A DNA stretch of 64,000 nucleotides from a virus (lineage: Duplodnaviria; Caudoviricetes): IMG/VR virus record IMGVR_UViG_2548877036_000005, positions 1 to 64,000 of that record; one strand, given 5' to 3'. Position numbers and translations under genes: made by a program. How positions within the stretch are numbered: position 1 is the stretch's first letter; the number at the start of each line of letters is the position of its first letter. Shown piece by piece: positions 18,631 through 29,222 of the stretch. The notes under the pieces are model-generated. The model did no database searches and had not been told where the DNA came from. It saw nothing but the letters and a program-made list of their open reading frames with translations.

Positions 18631-19041
18631 ATGAAGCCTGTTGGCACTTGTATGACTATGGATTTATCTGAGGTCGATAGGCTGTTTTTTCCTCATAGGC
18701 CGGATGCTCAGACTGCGGAGCGGGCGAAAAATATTTGTCTGGAGTGCCCGATTGTTGTGGAGTGTCGGGAGTCGGTGTTGGCGGGGGAGAAGGCTCGTGG
18801 TGAGCGTGAGCGCGGGGTGTGGGGCGGTCTTAAGGAAACTGAGCGTCCTATTCCGGCTGTGGTGATGTGTCAGTCGCGGCGGCATTTCAGGGATGAGCAT
18901 TGGGATTTTGATGCTGGTCGTTGTATGGCGTGTTATGCGGAGGCTAATGCGCGGGCGGATTCGAGGAAGGTTCAGGATCGGCAGGATTCGCGGACCGATT
19001 GGTGGGATTCGGAACCTTCCATAGGGGAGCTTGTTTCATGA
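18631..19041 (+). CDS. WhiB family transcription factor
   Basis: C...LFFP...AKNICLECPIVVEC...GVWGG. Confidence 0.88.
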   Translation: MKPVGTCMTMDLSEVDRLFFPHRPDAQTAERAKNICLECPIVVECRESVLAGEKARGERERGVWGGLKETERPIPAVVMCQSRRHFRDEHWDFDAGRCMACYAEANARADSRKVQDRQDSRTDWWDSEPSIGELVS

Positions 19042-19168
19042 CGGAAATTAGTCTACTAGGAATATTGATCGAGGTTTGGGCCGTCCTCTTCGGGGTGTTG
19101 GGGCTTCCGTTGGCGATTGCGGCGCCCATCTATCTGTTGGGGTTTGTGTTGTGGGCGGTGTACCTGTA

Positions 19169-19783
19169 GTGGACGTTGTTCACCGCTGCCTATCAAAGCA
19201 GGACTGCGTGAACCTAACCGGGGATAAGGAACCGGCTGCCACTAAGAAACCGGACACTCTCTGCCACGGCTGCATAGAGCAAATCCAAGGCTATTTGGGG
19301 AGGCTGCCTCATCTGGTGGAGGCGTTGAGAACGGCCCTGAAACGCCCGCTGGGGTCTTCGTTGGGCGGGGGAAGGGTATCGGGCTCTAAGGAGCCTCCTG
19401 CGCCTTACGACGTGAATGTGGACGCTGAGATTGTCGCTGTTTTGGAGGCTGTGTTTCGGGCGGGCGGCTGGAAGGTTCAGATCCGGGATCTGGTGAGTCG
19501 TCCTGTGGAGCCGTTCGATGTGTGGCGTAAGGGTGCGATGCTCCGAAATTTCCCTCTGTCGGGGGTGGAGCGGGCTCTTGATTTGCGCCGGATTCATAAC
19601 CGCGTGGATCAGATGGTGGGTTTGACGCGGGTCTGGATGCGCCGCCAGGCAAGGTGCCCCGAATGTGACTTGAGGACCCTCGGCATGTGGTCTGGGGACG
19701 ACACGATTCGTTGCACAAATTCTGATTGTTCTGCGGTTATTCCGCTAGATGATTATGAAGAACTTTGTAGGAGAAGTAAATAA
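19169..19783 (+). CDS. Zn-binding hypothetical protein
   Basis: LCHGC, RCPEC, RCTNSDC; start uncertain. Confidence 0.6.
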   Translation: MDVVHRCLSKQDCVNLTGDKEPAATKKPDTLCHGCIEQIQGYLGRLPHLVEALRTALKRPLGSSLGGGRVSGSKEPPAPYDVNVDAEIVAVLEAVFRAGGWKVQIRDLVSRPVEPFDVWRKGAMLRNFPLSGVERALDLRRIHNRVDQMVGLTRVWMRRQARCPECDLRTLGMWSGDDTIRCTNSDCSAVIPLDDYEELCRRSK

Positions 19784-20197
19784 ATGGCGGAAAGTTCCGT
19801 TACATTCATTGGCCGCTTGGGCGGCGACGTTGATCTTAAGTTTCTATCTGGTGGTAATACGGCTGTAGCCAATTTCAGTCTTGCTCATACGCCCCGTAAG
19901 AAGGAAGGCAATGAGTGGGTTGATGCCGGTCCGACTACATGGTTGAACGTGAAGTGTTTTAAGGCTGTCGCTGAGGGCGCAGCTGATTCTTTGGGGCGCG
20001 GCGATGAGGTTGTGGTTGTCGGGAAACTCCGTACGGAGGAGTGGATCGATAAGGATACGGGCGGTAAGCGTTCAAAGATCGTTTTGTTGGCTGACACTGT
20101 TGCTAAGTCGGTGAAGCCGAGGAGTCAGGGGAGCGGTTCGCATTCTGCAACCACTAATAACGGCTGGGATGGTTCCGACGAGGAACCTCCTTTTTGA
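19784..20197 (+). CDS. ssb: Phage single-stranded DNA-binding protein
   Basis: IGRLGGD..L.F...AVANFSLA OB fold; acidic DEEPPF tail. Confidence 0.93.
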   Translation: MAESSVTFIGRLGGDVDLKFLSGGNTAVANFSLAHTPRKKEGNEWVDAGPTTWLNVKCFKAVAEGAADSLGRGDEVVVVGKLRTEEWIDKDTGGKRSKIVLLADTVAKSVKPRSQGSGSHSATTNNGWDGSDEEPPF

Positions 20198-20352
20198 AAA
20201 AGGGGGGAATAGATGTTTCGTTGCAGTGAGTGCCGTAAGCCTATTGGGTTGATGGTTGATCCTAAGGGTAGGCCGGAGTTGTTTAAGTGTCCGCGTACAC
20301 GCCGTGTGGGTCATATGGTGGATGAGCGCGGGTATGCGGTGAAGGTGACAAT

Positions 20353-20739
20353 TTGAGTTACGCGAAGGCTATCGCCGGTATTGGTGTTGTACCGATCATT
20401 CAGACGAATATCGGGTACTACCAGGGAGACTGGGTTGCGGTAGTTAAAGACACGGATAGATGGCCCTCCAGCCTCGGCTTTCTGTGCTACGGGTATGGAT
20501 CGTGCAGTGGATGCGATGAGTGGGAAGGCGCCGATAATGCCATAGAGCGCGCCGAGATCGTGGTGAGGATGGCGAAATCGATCCGCTGGTTCGAAAAGCC
20601 TGCGGACCTGAAGGCGTGGCTGAATTCCGATGATCGCTGTGAGGACTTGTACATCTATCACGATGACGAATGGCGCGAATTTGTCGACTCCGTGCTCGCG
20701 GTCAGCGATAAAGAACTGGAACAGATGCGAAATGACTAA
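20353..20739 (+). CDS. Hypothetical protein (YQGDW...YGSCSGCD family)
   Basis: Recognisable phage motif. Confidence 0.65.
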   Translation: MSYAKAIAGIGVVPIIQTNIGYYQGDWVAVVKDTDRWPSSLGFLCYGYGSCSGCDEWEGADNAIERAEIVVRMAKSIRWFEKPADLKAWLNSDDRCEDLYIYHDDEWREFVDSVLAVSDKELEQMRND

Positions 20740-21070
20740 TTTGAGTAAAGAGTTTATCGCCCCCACGGAATCTGTGTTGCGTGCTGTGGCGGAGGAGCGT
20801 GAAGCCCAGGATGCGAAATGGGGTGAACAAAACCACCCCGATGCTATCTATGACGCGGGATATTGGATTGGTCCCGCCCGTATATATCGAAATATTACCA
20901 ATGATCGCGCAGCCAGAGGGTTCGTAACTTACGCGGACATTCTTCTCGAAGAAGTCGCGGAAGCTGTAGAAGAGGCGCTTTCCGGGGATAAGAACGCACT
21001 GATTGACGAGCTTATTCAGGTGGCTGCTGTGGCTGTTGCTTGGGTAGAAAAGATTGACCGGGGACATTGA
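20732..21070 (+). CDS. MazG-like nucleotide pyrophosphohydrolase
   Basis: QDAKWGEQ...LLEEVAEA..E...ELIQVAAVAV. Confidence 0.7.
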   Translation: MTNLSKEFIAPTESVLRAVAEEREAQDAKWGEQNHPDAIYDAGYWIGPARIYRNITNDRAARGFVTYADILLEEVAEAVEEALSGDKNALIDELIQVAAVAVAWVEKIDRGH

Positions 21071-21331
21071 GTGAAGTTTGACGAAGCCTCGCATCTGTGG
21101 GCGGAAAAAGAACTCGCACACCGAGGTATTCAAACATCAAGTATTGATTATGTCTGGTTTGAAGCCAACTCGCGATACGAGTGCGATACGTGCGGCCGAG
21201 AAACATATATTGAGGTGTCCATAGGCTTCACTGATTGGGAAGGCCAGCACGGGTTTTATCGACTGGAATTCCAGGGCCTTGAAGGGGTCATGGGCGGGCT
21301 TTTCGAGGTGAGTGAGAATGGCGCAACTTAA
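21071..21331 (+). CDS. Hypothetical protein
   Basis: CDTC motif; operon ORF. Confidence 0.55.
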   Translation: MKFDEASHLWAEKELAHRGIQTSSIDYVWFEANSRYECDTCGRETYIEVSIGFTDWEGQHGFYRLEFQGLEGVMGGLFEVSENGAT

Positions 21332-21575
21332 CTATCAGGGAAACATAGAACTTGACCCTGATCTTATTTTGGGGCCGGATATGTATAGCGCCTATTACCG
21401 CCCCAAGGAAGCCGTATATGACCCGGAGAGTGATGTTACGACTATCAAGTTCAGTCCGGGGTCGTATGCGAAGCATGCCGCTGATGTTTTGAGTGGCCGT
21501 ACGGATGAGCAGTTGGGGCAGGTTCGCCGTAATGCTCTGGGGGTTTCTTTTTGGCGTAGTCAGCGAGGGGAATAG
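21318..21575 (+). CDS. Hypothetical protein
   Basis: GAGG RBS. Confidence 0.55.
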   Translation: MAQLNYQGNIELDPDLILGPDMYSAYYRPKEAVYDPESDVTTIKFSPGSYAKHAADVLSGRTDEQLGQVRRNALGVSFWRSQRGE

Positions 21576-21580
21576 GGACG

Positions 21581-22867
21581 ATGACTAAGTTTGATGTACC
21601 GAAGAACGCTAATTATGTGGCCACGATTGTGGCTGTTCCTGAGCCGGTGGATTTGCCTGGCTTGGATAATCTTGTGGGGATTCCGCAGTTCGGGTACCAG
21701 GCGTTGACTACACGCGGTATCAGTAAGGGCGACCTTCGGGTGTTGTTTACGGCAGAAACTCAATTGTCTGCCGAGTATGTGTACGAAAATTCTTTGTCGC
21801 GGGACAAAGAGCTGAATAAGTCTGATGAGACTGGCTATATCGAGAGGCATCGCCGCATCCGTGCTATTAAGCTGCGGAAACACCAGTCAGACGCTTTGTT
21901 GATGCCGTTGGAGTCTCTAGCCTACACAGGCTATGACGTGTCCACGTTGAAGCCGGGGGATGTGTTCGACACCCTGAATGGGTTTGAGATTTGCCGTAAG
22001 TATGAGTTGCCGAAGCAGGCCCAGCCGAAGGCTTCGGGGCCGAAGATACGGCAGCGGGTGGATCAAAAGCTGTTCCCGATGCATCTGGACACTGAACATC
22101 TGTTCCGGAACTGGGACGTGTTCCGTGAGTCAAAGTGGGCTGTGATCACGCAGAAGCTTCACGGAACTAGCATCCGTATCGGTCGTGTTCCGGCGTTGCG
22201 GGATAAGGGCTGGCTGGAGCGTGTGGTGGTCAACAAGTGGCTGCGCATCCCTACTGCTGATACCGCATATGAGGATGTTGCGGGCTCACGTCGGGTGATT
22301 AAGGGCCGCGACGATAACAACCACTACTACGAGTCTGATATTTGGGCTGAGTATGCGAAGCGTCTTGAGGGGATGATCCCGGAGAACTTTGTCGTGTACG
22401 GGGAGTTGATCGGCTGGGAGTCCAAGGATAAGCCGATTCAGCGGGGCTACACCTATGACCTGGAGCCTGGTGAGCGCGAGTTGTACGTGTACCGGGTGGC
22501 GATGGTGAACGGTCAGGGTGTGATCGCGGATTTGTCGTGGGATGGCGTGGAGCAGTTCTGCGCCTCTATCGGCTTGAAGACAGTTCCCGTTCTCTGCCGC
22601 CCATGTATCGACACTGGTTACGGCACAGATGACCGCGATATGACCGCGCTGTACGCGTCAAGCTATCTCAATATTCAGTTCGCTGGCGGGCCGTTCTGGG
22701 AGCAAACACCCGTGCCGCTGTCCGACCCTAAGACTGTGGATGAAGGTATCTGTGTCCGCATTGAGGGGCGGGTTCCACAAATATTCAAGGCGAAGTCTCC
22801 TCTGTTCCTGGAGCATGAAACTAAGTCGTTGGATGCCGGTGAGCTGGATTTGGAGAGTGCGGCTTAG
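21581..22867 (+). CDS. RNA ligase (Rnl2/DRB0094-like) with N-terminal OB-like domain
   Basis: Nucleotidyltransferase motifs QKLHGTS, YGELIG, DEGICVR, FKAKS. Confidence 0.85.
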   Translation: MTKFDVPKNANYVATIVAVPEPVDLPGLDNLVGIPQFGYQALTTRGISKGDLRVLFTAETQLSAEYVYENSLSRDKELNKSDETGYIERHRRIRAIKLRKHQSDALLMPLESLAYTGYDVSTLKPGDVFDTLNGFEICRKYELPKQAQPKASGPKIRQRVDQKLFPMHLDTEHLFRNWDVFRESKWAVITQKLHGTSIRIGRVPALRDKGWLERVVVNKWLRIPTADTAYEDVAGSRRVIKGRDDNNHYYESDIWAEYAKRLEGMIPENFVVYGELIGWESKDKPIQRGYTYDLEPGERELYVYRVAMVNGQGVIADLSWDGVEQFCASIGLKTVPVLCRPCIDTGYGTDDRDMTALYASSYLNIQFAGGPFWEQTPVPLSDPKTVDEGICVRIEGRVPQIFKAKSPLFLEHETKSLDAGELDLESAA

Positions 22868-23835
22868 TGGGGCTTGACGAAGCGTTAGCGAATATTGATA
22901 AAAGCTTCGGTCGTGGCGCTGTCATGCGGTTGGGGGACGAGAATCGGACCCCTATCGGAGTGTTCTCCACGGGTTCGCTGGCGTTGGATTCAGCGCTTGG
23001 TATAGGTGGGGTTCCTCGGGGCCGGATCGTTGAGATTTACGGCCCCGAGTCGTCCGGTAAGACAACGGTGGCGTTGCAGATCGTGGCTAACGCTCAACGT
23101 GAGGGCGGTACGGCGGCGTTTATTGATGCTGAGCATGCGTTGGACCCCGAGTATGCGGCGAACCTTGGCGTGGATGTGGGGCAGCTGTTGGTGTCTCAGC
23201 CGGATACGGGTGAGCAGGCTCTTGAGATTGCGGACATGCTGATCCGGTCCGGGGATATCCGGGTGTTGGTGATTGATTCTGTGGCCGCGCTGGTGCCTCG
23301 CGCCGAGATTGAGGGCGAGATGGGTGACGCCCATGTGGGCCTGCATGCGCGGTTGATGTCTCAGGCTATGCGGAAGATCACGGGTCCGGCGAAGAACAAT
23401 GACACGACGGTGATCATGATCAACCAGTTGCGTCACAAGATTGGTGTGATGTTTGGTTCGCCGGAGACAACTACTGGCGGCATGGCGTTGAAGTTTTATG
23501 CGTCGGTTCGTTTGGATGTGCGGCGCATTGAAACGTTGAAGCAGGGCACAGAGGCGGTCGGTAATCGCACGAAGGTGAAGGTTGTCAAGAACAAGTTGGC
23601 GCCTCCTTTCAAGCTTGCAGAGTTCGATATCCAGTACGGCAAGGGTGTGTCCCGGCTGGGGGAGCTGGTCGATCTCGGGGTTGAGCACAAGATTGTGGAT
23701 AAGTCGGGTTCGTGGTTCAAGTATGAGGGCACCCAGTTGGGGCAGGGTAAGGCTGGCGCGATGTCTGCCCTGGACGCTTCACCGGAGTTGGCTTCTGAGA
23801 TTGAGTTGAAGATCCGCGCAAAGTTGGGGATTTAA
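22867..23835 (+). CDS. recA: RecA recombinase (phage copy, no intein)
   Basis: [39 protein letters not shown]. Confidence 0.97.
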   Translation: MGLDEALANIDKSFGRGAVMRLGDENRTPIGVFSTGSLALDSALGIGGVPRGRIVEIYGPESSGKTTVALQIVANAQREGGTAAFIDAEHALDPEYAANLGVDVGQLLVSQPDTGEQALEIADMLIRSGDIRVLVIDSVAALVPRAEIEGEMGDAHVGLHARLMSQAMRKITGPAKNNDTTVIMINQLRHKIGVMFGSPETTTGGMALKFYASVRLDVRRIETLKQGTEAVGNRTKVKVVKNKLAPPFKLAEFDIQYGKGVSRLGELVDLGVEHKIVDKSGSWFKYEGTQLGQGKAGAMSALDASPELASEIELKIRAKLGI

Positions 23836-24554
23836 TGGGTATTGCTCGTAAAAAGAAGCAACAGTCTGAGCGGTTATTTCGGAGCGACCAGGGCGAGGAT
23901 TTCACGGTGTCTGAAGCTTTGGACTTGCTGGATATTGATTGTAAGCAGGCTAAAGCGCGAAGAGATTATGCGGAGGCAGAGCTTTTCGAGACAGAATCAG
24001 CGCTGATTTCACGTGCAATGCAGCTGTCGTTGGATAGTGATAAGTTCTTTGAGTATCACTTTGACGGTTGGGTTGATGAGGATACTGTTACTGATTGTTT
24101 GACTCGGTTGAAGTATTGGGACCGGATGGACCCGGTGTGCCCGATGAATATCGAATTGACCTCGGGGGGCGGTTCGGTGTGGGAGGGCACTCGCCTGTTT
24201 GATTATTTGGCGGGCTGGTCGATTTGGGGTGGCGGTACCCATGAGGTCACTATCCGTGTTCGGGGTGTGGCGGCGTCTATGGGTGCTGTGTTGTTGCAGG
24301 CTGCCGATCATCGTCTCATGGGACGTGGGTCGATCATGATGATTCATGAGGCCGCTACTGGTACGTGGGGCAAGTCTTCTGAGTTGAAGGACACTTTGCG
24401 GTCTTTGCAGATTGAAGACGAATGGTGTACCGGGGTGTTTGTTGAGCGTTCAGGTATGGACCCGGACGCGTTTAAAGCATTGTATGAGCGCCGCGATTTG
24501 TGGTTGTCGCCTGCTGACGCTCTGGGCTTTGGATTTATTGACGGGATCGGTTAG
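23835..24554 (+). CDS. ClpP-like serine protease
   Basis: SGGGSV, AASMG (Ser), MIHE (His), RDLWLS, GFIDGI. Confidence 0.85.
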   Translation: MGIARKKKQQSERLFRSDQGEDFTVSEALDLLDIDCKQAKARRDYAEAELFETESALISRAMQLSLDSDKFFEYHFDGWVDEDTVTDCLTRLKYWDRMDPVCPMNIELTSGGGSVWEGTRLFDYLAGWSIWGGGTHEVTIRVRGVAASMGAVLLQAADHRLMGRGSIMMIHEAATGTWGKSSELKDTLRSLQIEDEWCTGVFVERSGMDPDAFKALYERRDLWLSPADALGFGFIDGIG

Positions 24555-24560
24555 ATATTT

Positions 24561-24908
24561 ATGGATTCTTTGAGTGCCTTCATTAGGGGTGAGGCGTCGC
24601 GCGGGAACCGTGTGCGTGTTTTCGATTGGGTTCGCGCTGCGGAGATCATTAGGGACGAGAAGCCGGAATATGCGTCGGCGGGGTTGGGTATGGATTGGGA
24701 GTATACAGGCGGATGTATTTACCGCGATGGCGCACCTGTTCCGCCTGATGATACGTATACGTATTTAGCTTCCACATGGGCGGTCCCTGAACTGGATATT
24801 GATGGTGATGTTAGAGAGTGTTGGACCTATGCCGACGAGTCGGGATGGGATTCGAAAACGTATTGGCCTGAGGAGGCCCTTGCGGCGCTTAATGGCGGGG
24901 CGTCTTAA
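24561..24908 (+). CDS. Conserved phage hypothetical protein
   Basis: VFDW..AA...AGL..DWEYTGG...YLASTWA.P. Confidence 0.65.
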   Translation: MDSLSAFIRGEASRGNRVRVFDWVRAAEIIRDEKPEYASAGLGMDWEYTGGCIYRDGAPVPPDDTYTYLASTWAVPELDIDGDVRECWTYADESGWDSKTYWPEEALAALNGGAS

Positions 24909-24910
24909 GT

Positions 24911-26480
24911 ATGTGGTTTCTGGGGGAGTTGATCAATTGGTATCGGGCTTGGTGGTCGTGCCGTAAGCGGTTGGGTCGGCCTCCTACTTCTGCGGAGTTG
25001 CTGACTGGCCGGGATTATGACGCTCTCAGCAGATCAGTGGAGGCCGGTGACTACAACGTTGTCGGCCCGGTCGAGGTGTTGCCGTGGAATCGTCGGAGGG
25101 CTGACGATGAGGGCTGATGATCCGCTAGCGGTGGCAATCCGTAAGCAGACCGGAAACAATGTTTGTATCTGGGTTGGGGAGCAACTGTTTGTACTCAAGT
25201 CGTGGACGCTGAAGGATCAGCGGCTTGATACCGCGTGGGAACCTGCGTCGGTTGTGACTCATAGTGTGCTTGAAGAAAAACATAGTTACATCCAGTGGCT
25301 TAGGGGCGCACTGGTAGTGGAGAAGGCGCGTAACGATGGCTGACTATTATCAGACCGGTTTCGAACGGGATGTCTTAATTGCTTTGGGGGAGATAAGGGA
25401 CACCCTTAAAGAGGCTCTGGAAATCCAGAAGCAGGCGTGGACCAAATTAAATGCACCGACGATTAATGTTCAAAACAGCGTCCACACTGAATCTGCGCAG
25501 GAATATATGGATAAAACACAAGACTTTCAGGGGAACCGGCTGAGATGAGTAATTCAACTAAGAGTGTGGTGGTGAACCTGTGGCCGCTATGGATCTTTAC
25601 AACGACAATATTCTTCATTCTCAAAATGGCCGGAACTGTCGCGTGGTCTTGGTGGTGGGTGTTCGCTCCTCTGTGGATACCGCTGTCAGTCGCCGGGACA
25701 CTTGTTGTGGTTGTGGCATTGGTGGCGTTTCTTTTGACGCTATTGGGGGTTGATCTTGACTGAAAGTAATGGTTTCGATCTTGATGTGCATATTAATGAC
25801 GATGATGTGCATATCGAGGTGTCGGGCTTCGGGGATGTTCGGAACGCTCTTGCCGCGTTGGTGAAGGTGTTCACCGATAAGGATTATGTTGCCGAATTGT
25901 GGGCGACGCTGGTCGAGGGCGACTGGGAGACCGACAACGATGACGGCTGGGATGACCATGACTGAGTACCGGATGCCTGACCCGCCCGAAGGATACGATT
26001 GGAGGATTTGCCCCAGGGATTGGCGCGATCTAGGCTGGGCCATCTGGGTCTACTTAGATGGCAAGAGTAAGAGCTATAGCAATTACTGTGTTGTCAAATC
26101 TATTAAAGATGAAGAGTGCAACGCTCGCGTTGCTATAGCTGTGGCTAACTCAATATTAGAGTTCTTTCACAATCCGCCACCACCTAAACCCCAGCCGTCA
26201 TTCAACGGCTTGACGGGATACCGCCGTGGGTGATTTGTTACGTCTGGATGCGGAGGAAACATGTCGGGCCGCTGCGAAAATCTGGTTTGATGAGTTTCTA
26301 GAGAAAGTCGTCATTCTGGACCGGTTCGGTGCAGAGGTCGCAGAGTTTGGAATTGTAGCCTCACATTGGGGTGCGGGCCTCGCGCACGGGCATCTTCACG
26401 CACTTGAGTACGACTGGAAAATCTATACCGCCGACTATCCCGATGATCCGGATGACGAGCCTGATTGGGAGCCGTGGTGA
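24911..26480 (+). other. Run of seven small coupled hypothetical genes (24911-25117, 25107-25343, 25336-25548, 25545-25763 membrane, 25750-25965, 25958-26233, 26226-26480)
   Basis: Overlapping start/stop codons, same strand. Confidence 0.55.
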
Positions 26481-26827
26481 CATGGCCGTGGCCTGAACCT
26501 GAGTCGGACCGTCTGCGCCGCATAATCGACTACTACCGTGACGCGTTACTAGAGGAAGCCCCTACCCGCTGCCTGGAGATTGATGCGGTGATGGCCGAGT
26601 ACGGGCAGGGCTGGATTACCGATAATGAGATTATTGATGTCAATCAGTTGATGACCGCTCGTGAAGTATCGGAATATATTCAGGCCAGGTTTGGTGAGGA
26701 TGTTTCGGTGTTTGATGTGCGTAATTGGGAGCGGGCGGGATCATATTCTGGGATTTGGCGTGGGTCGCGTAAGTATTTCCGGTTGGGGGATGTGCTGGTG
26801 AAGGCCAGAAACACAAAGAAACCCTAG
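26477..26827 (+). CDS. HTH-like DNA-binding protein
   Basis: LMTAREVS...VRNWERAG...YFRLGDV. Confidence 0.6.
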   Translation: MTWPWPEPESDRLRRIIDYYRDALLEEAPTRCLEIDAVMAEYGQGWITDNEIIDVNQLMTAREVSEYIQARFGEDVSVFDVRNWERAGSYSGIWRGSRKYFRLGDVLVKARNTKKP

Positions 26828-26861
26828 AATTCGTAGTATATACTCAGATTGTTGGGGAAAA

Positions 26862-27248
26862 GTGTATCCGCATGAAGAATGGTATCCGATTCGCGGCATT
26901 CCGGGTTATGAGATTACTACTGATGCGCAGGTCCGTTCTCCACGTAAAATTTTGAAGCAGTGGGTCGGTAGGGACGGCCTGAAACGCGTCCAGATCCGCG
27001 ATAAGCCTCATTTGGTACATATCCTTATGTTGACGACGTTTGTGTCTCCACGGCCCGATGGGGGGCGTGCAAGGTTCAAGTCTGGGGATACTGCGGATTG
27101 TCGTTTGGAGAATCTGCGGTGGCGGGAGCCTAAGCGCTCTGTGTCGGTGTCTCGGCTGTGTTCTAAGGGTCATGACATGTCTGGTCGTGTGTGTTGGGCG
27201 TGTGTCGAGGGCGCGCCGCCTGTGGTGGATCTACCTGACGTTATCTAG
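26862..27248 (+). CDS. NUMOD4/HNH-like protein, probably degenerate
   Basis: EEWYPIRG.PGYEI...VH.LML.TF...NLRW, with catalytic H/N replaced. Confidence 0.65.
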   Translation: MYPHEEWYPIRGIPGYEITTDAQVRSPRKILKQWVGRDGLKRVQIRDKPHLVHILMLTTFVSPRPDGGRARFKSGDTADCRLENLRWREPKRSVSVSRLCSKGHDMSGRVCWACVEGAPPVVDLPDVI

Positions 27249-27394
27249 ATTTTGCGGTTTGGCGCACCCTGTGGGGTTCCTTGTGGTGGGGAATCAGGTT
27301 GATGCGCCGGGCGGGGCTGTGCCTACTGGTTGAATTCGCGCGTTCCGGTAGAGGCCCCGCCGTCTAACTTCAATTAGGGGAAAGGTGCTGGCGG

Positions 27395-27679
27395 GTGAAC
27401 GCTAAGCATGCATGGGCGGCTATTGCCGGTTGGGTGTTTACGTGGAACTTTTACGCTTTAGTGAATTCCGCCAAGCCTGATAAGCCTAAAATGTTGTCTG
27501 AGCAGATGAATGAGTGGCGGGTTAAGTATCCGTGGCTTGTGTATCCGCTGATTTTCGCTGTCGCCGGTCATTTGGCGCGTATGTTCGGTAACCGGCATGA
27601 TCCTATTACGAATAGTTTTGGGTATGCGGGTGTTCTTATTGACTTGTTTAAAACTGTGTTGAGGGGCCATCATGGCTAG
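27395..27679 (+). CDS. Small membrane protein
   Basis: Hydrophobic segments; HL...DP motif. Confidence 0.55.
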   Translation: MNAKHAWAAIAGWVFTWNFYALVNSAKPDKPKMLSEQMNEWRVKYPWLVYPLIFAVAGHLARMFGNRHDPITNSFGYAGVLIDLFKTVLRGHHG

Positions 27680-28238
27680 GGTTGGTGTTGATCTTGATGG
27701 TGTCCTCTACGATTTCGGTGGAGCGTTCCGGGAATATCTGGTTAGGAATTATTCCTGGAGCCGTAGTTGGTGCCCCGATCCTGTTCGGTGGGAATTCTAT
27801 GAGGACTGGGGAATCAGCCTGATCGGGTTTCTTAACTTATGCAATAGAGCAGCGGACCAAGGCGCACTGTGGGGGCAGAGCCTTATGGGCGGGCGCGCCG
27901 TGCCGGAGCATTTGTGCCGATTGCGAGCTGCTGGACATTCTATCCATATTATAACGAATCGTTCTTTTGGTTCACATCCTGGCCGTTCTCAGGCCGATAC
28001 GGCTAGGTGGCTACAGGCGTGGGGCGTGCCGTACGACACGCTGACGTTCTCTGCGGATAAAACGATCATTCAGACCGATTTGATGATCGAGGATAACGCC
28101 GACAACTATTTGGCTTTAGAGAAGGCTGGGTGTAGGTCGGTACTTATTAATCGTCCTTGGAATGAGCATCTTGCGTTTGCGCACCGGGTGGATTCCGTTT
28201 CTGAATTTGTTGATTTGGTTTTGGGGGAAACCGCGTGA
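27672..28238 (+). CDS. HAD 5'(3')-deoxyribonucleotidase-like
   Basis: VDLDGVL, ITNR, IED, PWN. Confidence 0.85.
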   Translation: MARVGVDLDGVLYDFGGAFREYLVRNYSWSRSWCPDPVRWEFYEDWGISLIGFLNLCNRAADQGALWGQSLMGGRAVPEHLCRLRAAGHSIHIITNRSFGSHPGRSQADTARWLQAWGVPYDTLTFSADKTIIQTDLMIEDNADNYLALEKAGCRSVLINRPWNEHLAFAHRVDSVSEFVDLVLGETA

Positions 28239-28681
28239 GTGAAGAGGTTCGTGTTACGTCCAGTACGGGCGGGGAGAAGGGCTCGAAGTTGGCCCGATTT
28301 GATCTCGTGCCGGTTCGCCCCCTGACGGAGCTGGCTGAGCTGTACGGGCGTGGGGCGGCGAAGTATGAGGACCGGAACTGGGAGCGCGGGTATGACTGGG
28401 GGCTGTCGTATGCGGCTCTGTGTCGTCATCTGACGCAGTTTTGGGCTGGCCAGGACCGTGATGAGGAGACTGGCGCGAAGCACATCATTGCGGTTGCTTG
28501 GCATGCGTTTGCGTTGGCCCAGTTCATGGAGACCCATCCGGAGTTCGACAACCGGCCCAGTGGGGCTGTCGCTGATGCTCTTGGGGTTGATTTGGAGACC
28601 CGTAAGGATCTGGTAGAACGCGCTAAGAAAGCTGCCCAAGAGACCTGGAATAACTACTATTGGGGTGGTTCTGTTGGATAG
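28235..28681 (+). CDS. dATP/dGTP diphosphohydrolase (DUF5664-like)
   Basis: K.RFDLVP...GAAKYEDRNWERG...RH...D.ETG..H. Confidence 0.85.
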   Translation: MSEEVRVTSSTGGEKGSKLARFDLVPVRPLTELAELYGRGAAKYEDRNWERGYDWGLSYAALCRHLTQFWAGQDRDEETGAKHIIAVAWHAFALAQFMETHPEFDNRPSGAVADALGVDLETRKDLVERAKKAAQETWNNYYWGGSVG

Positions 28682-29222
28682 CCCTGAGGTTTGGCGCCCC
28701 ATTCCCGGATATGAGGGTCATTACGAGGTGTCTAACCTGGGGCGGGTCCGGTCGCTGGATCGGTATATAGAGACGAAGCAAGGGCTTCGATTCCGCGCAG
28801 GGTGTATCCGTAAATTTGGCAAGCATGTTGGTGGGTACCTAGAGTTGCCGTTACTGCTGGATGGTAAGCAAAAGATGTTTACGGTTCATAGGCTGGTAAT
28901 GCTTGCATTCGTCGGCGAACGACCTGAAGGCTTTGACATCTGTCACAATGACGGTGACAAAACTAATAATGAGCTATCTAACTTGCGGTACGACACTAAG
29001 AAGTCGAACGCTCAGGATTCGATACGCCATGGCACCAATTGGCAGCTGAGTAAAACTAGTTGTGTAAACGGTCACGAATTCACGGTCGATAACACCGGGT
29101 ATAACGATAAGGGTCAACGCTGGTGTAAGGCTTGTAGGCGTGCGCAGGTTCGCGCGCACTATTACAATAACCCGGAATATTATAAGGCTCGCAGTGAGCG
29201 TAGACGAACGAAGGTATCCTAA
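28665..29222 (+). CDS. NUMOD4-HNH homing endonuclease
   Basis: WRPIPGYEG.YEVSNLGRVRS; VHRLV; CHNDGDKTNN..SNL. Confidence 0.9.
   Translation: MVLLDSPEVWRPIPGYEGHYEVSNLGRVRSLDRYIETKQGLRFRAGCIRKFGKHVGGYLELPLLLDGKQKMFTVHRLVMLAFVGERPEGFDICHNDGDKTNNELSNLRYDTKKSNAQDSIRHGTNWQLSKTSCVNGHEFTVDNTGYNDKGQRWCKACRRAQVRAHYYNNPEYYKARSERRRTKVS

Noticed and set aside
28235-28681. 2-aminoadenine (Z-genome) pathway
   Set aside because: No PurZ or dedicated polymerase in the window
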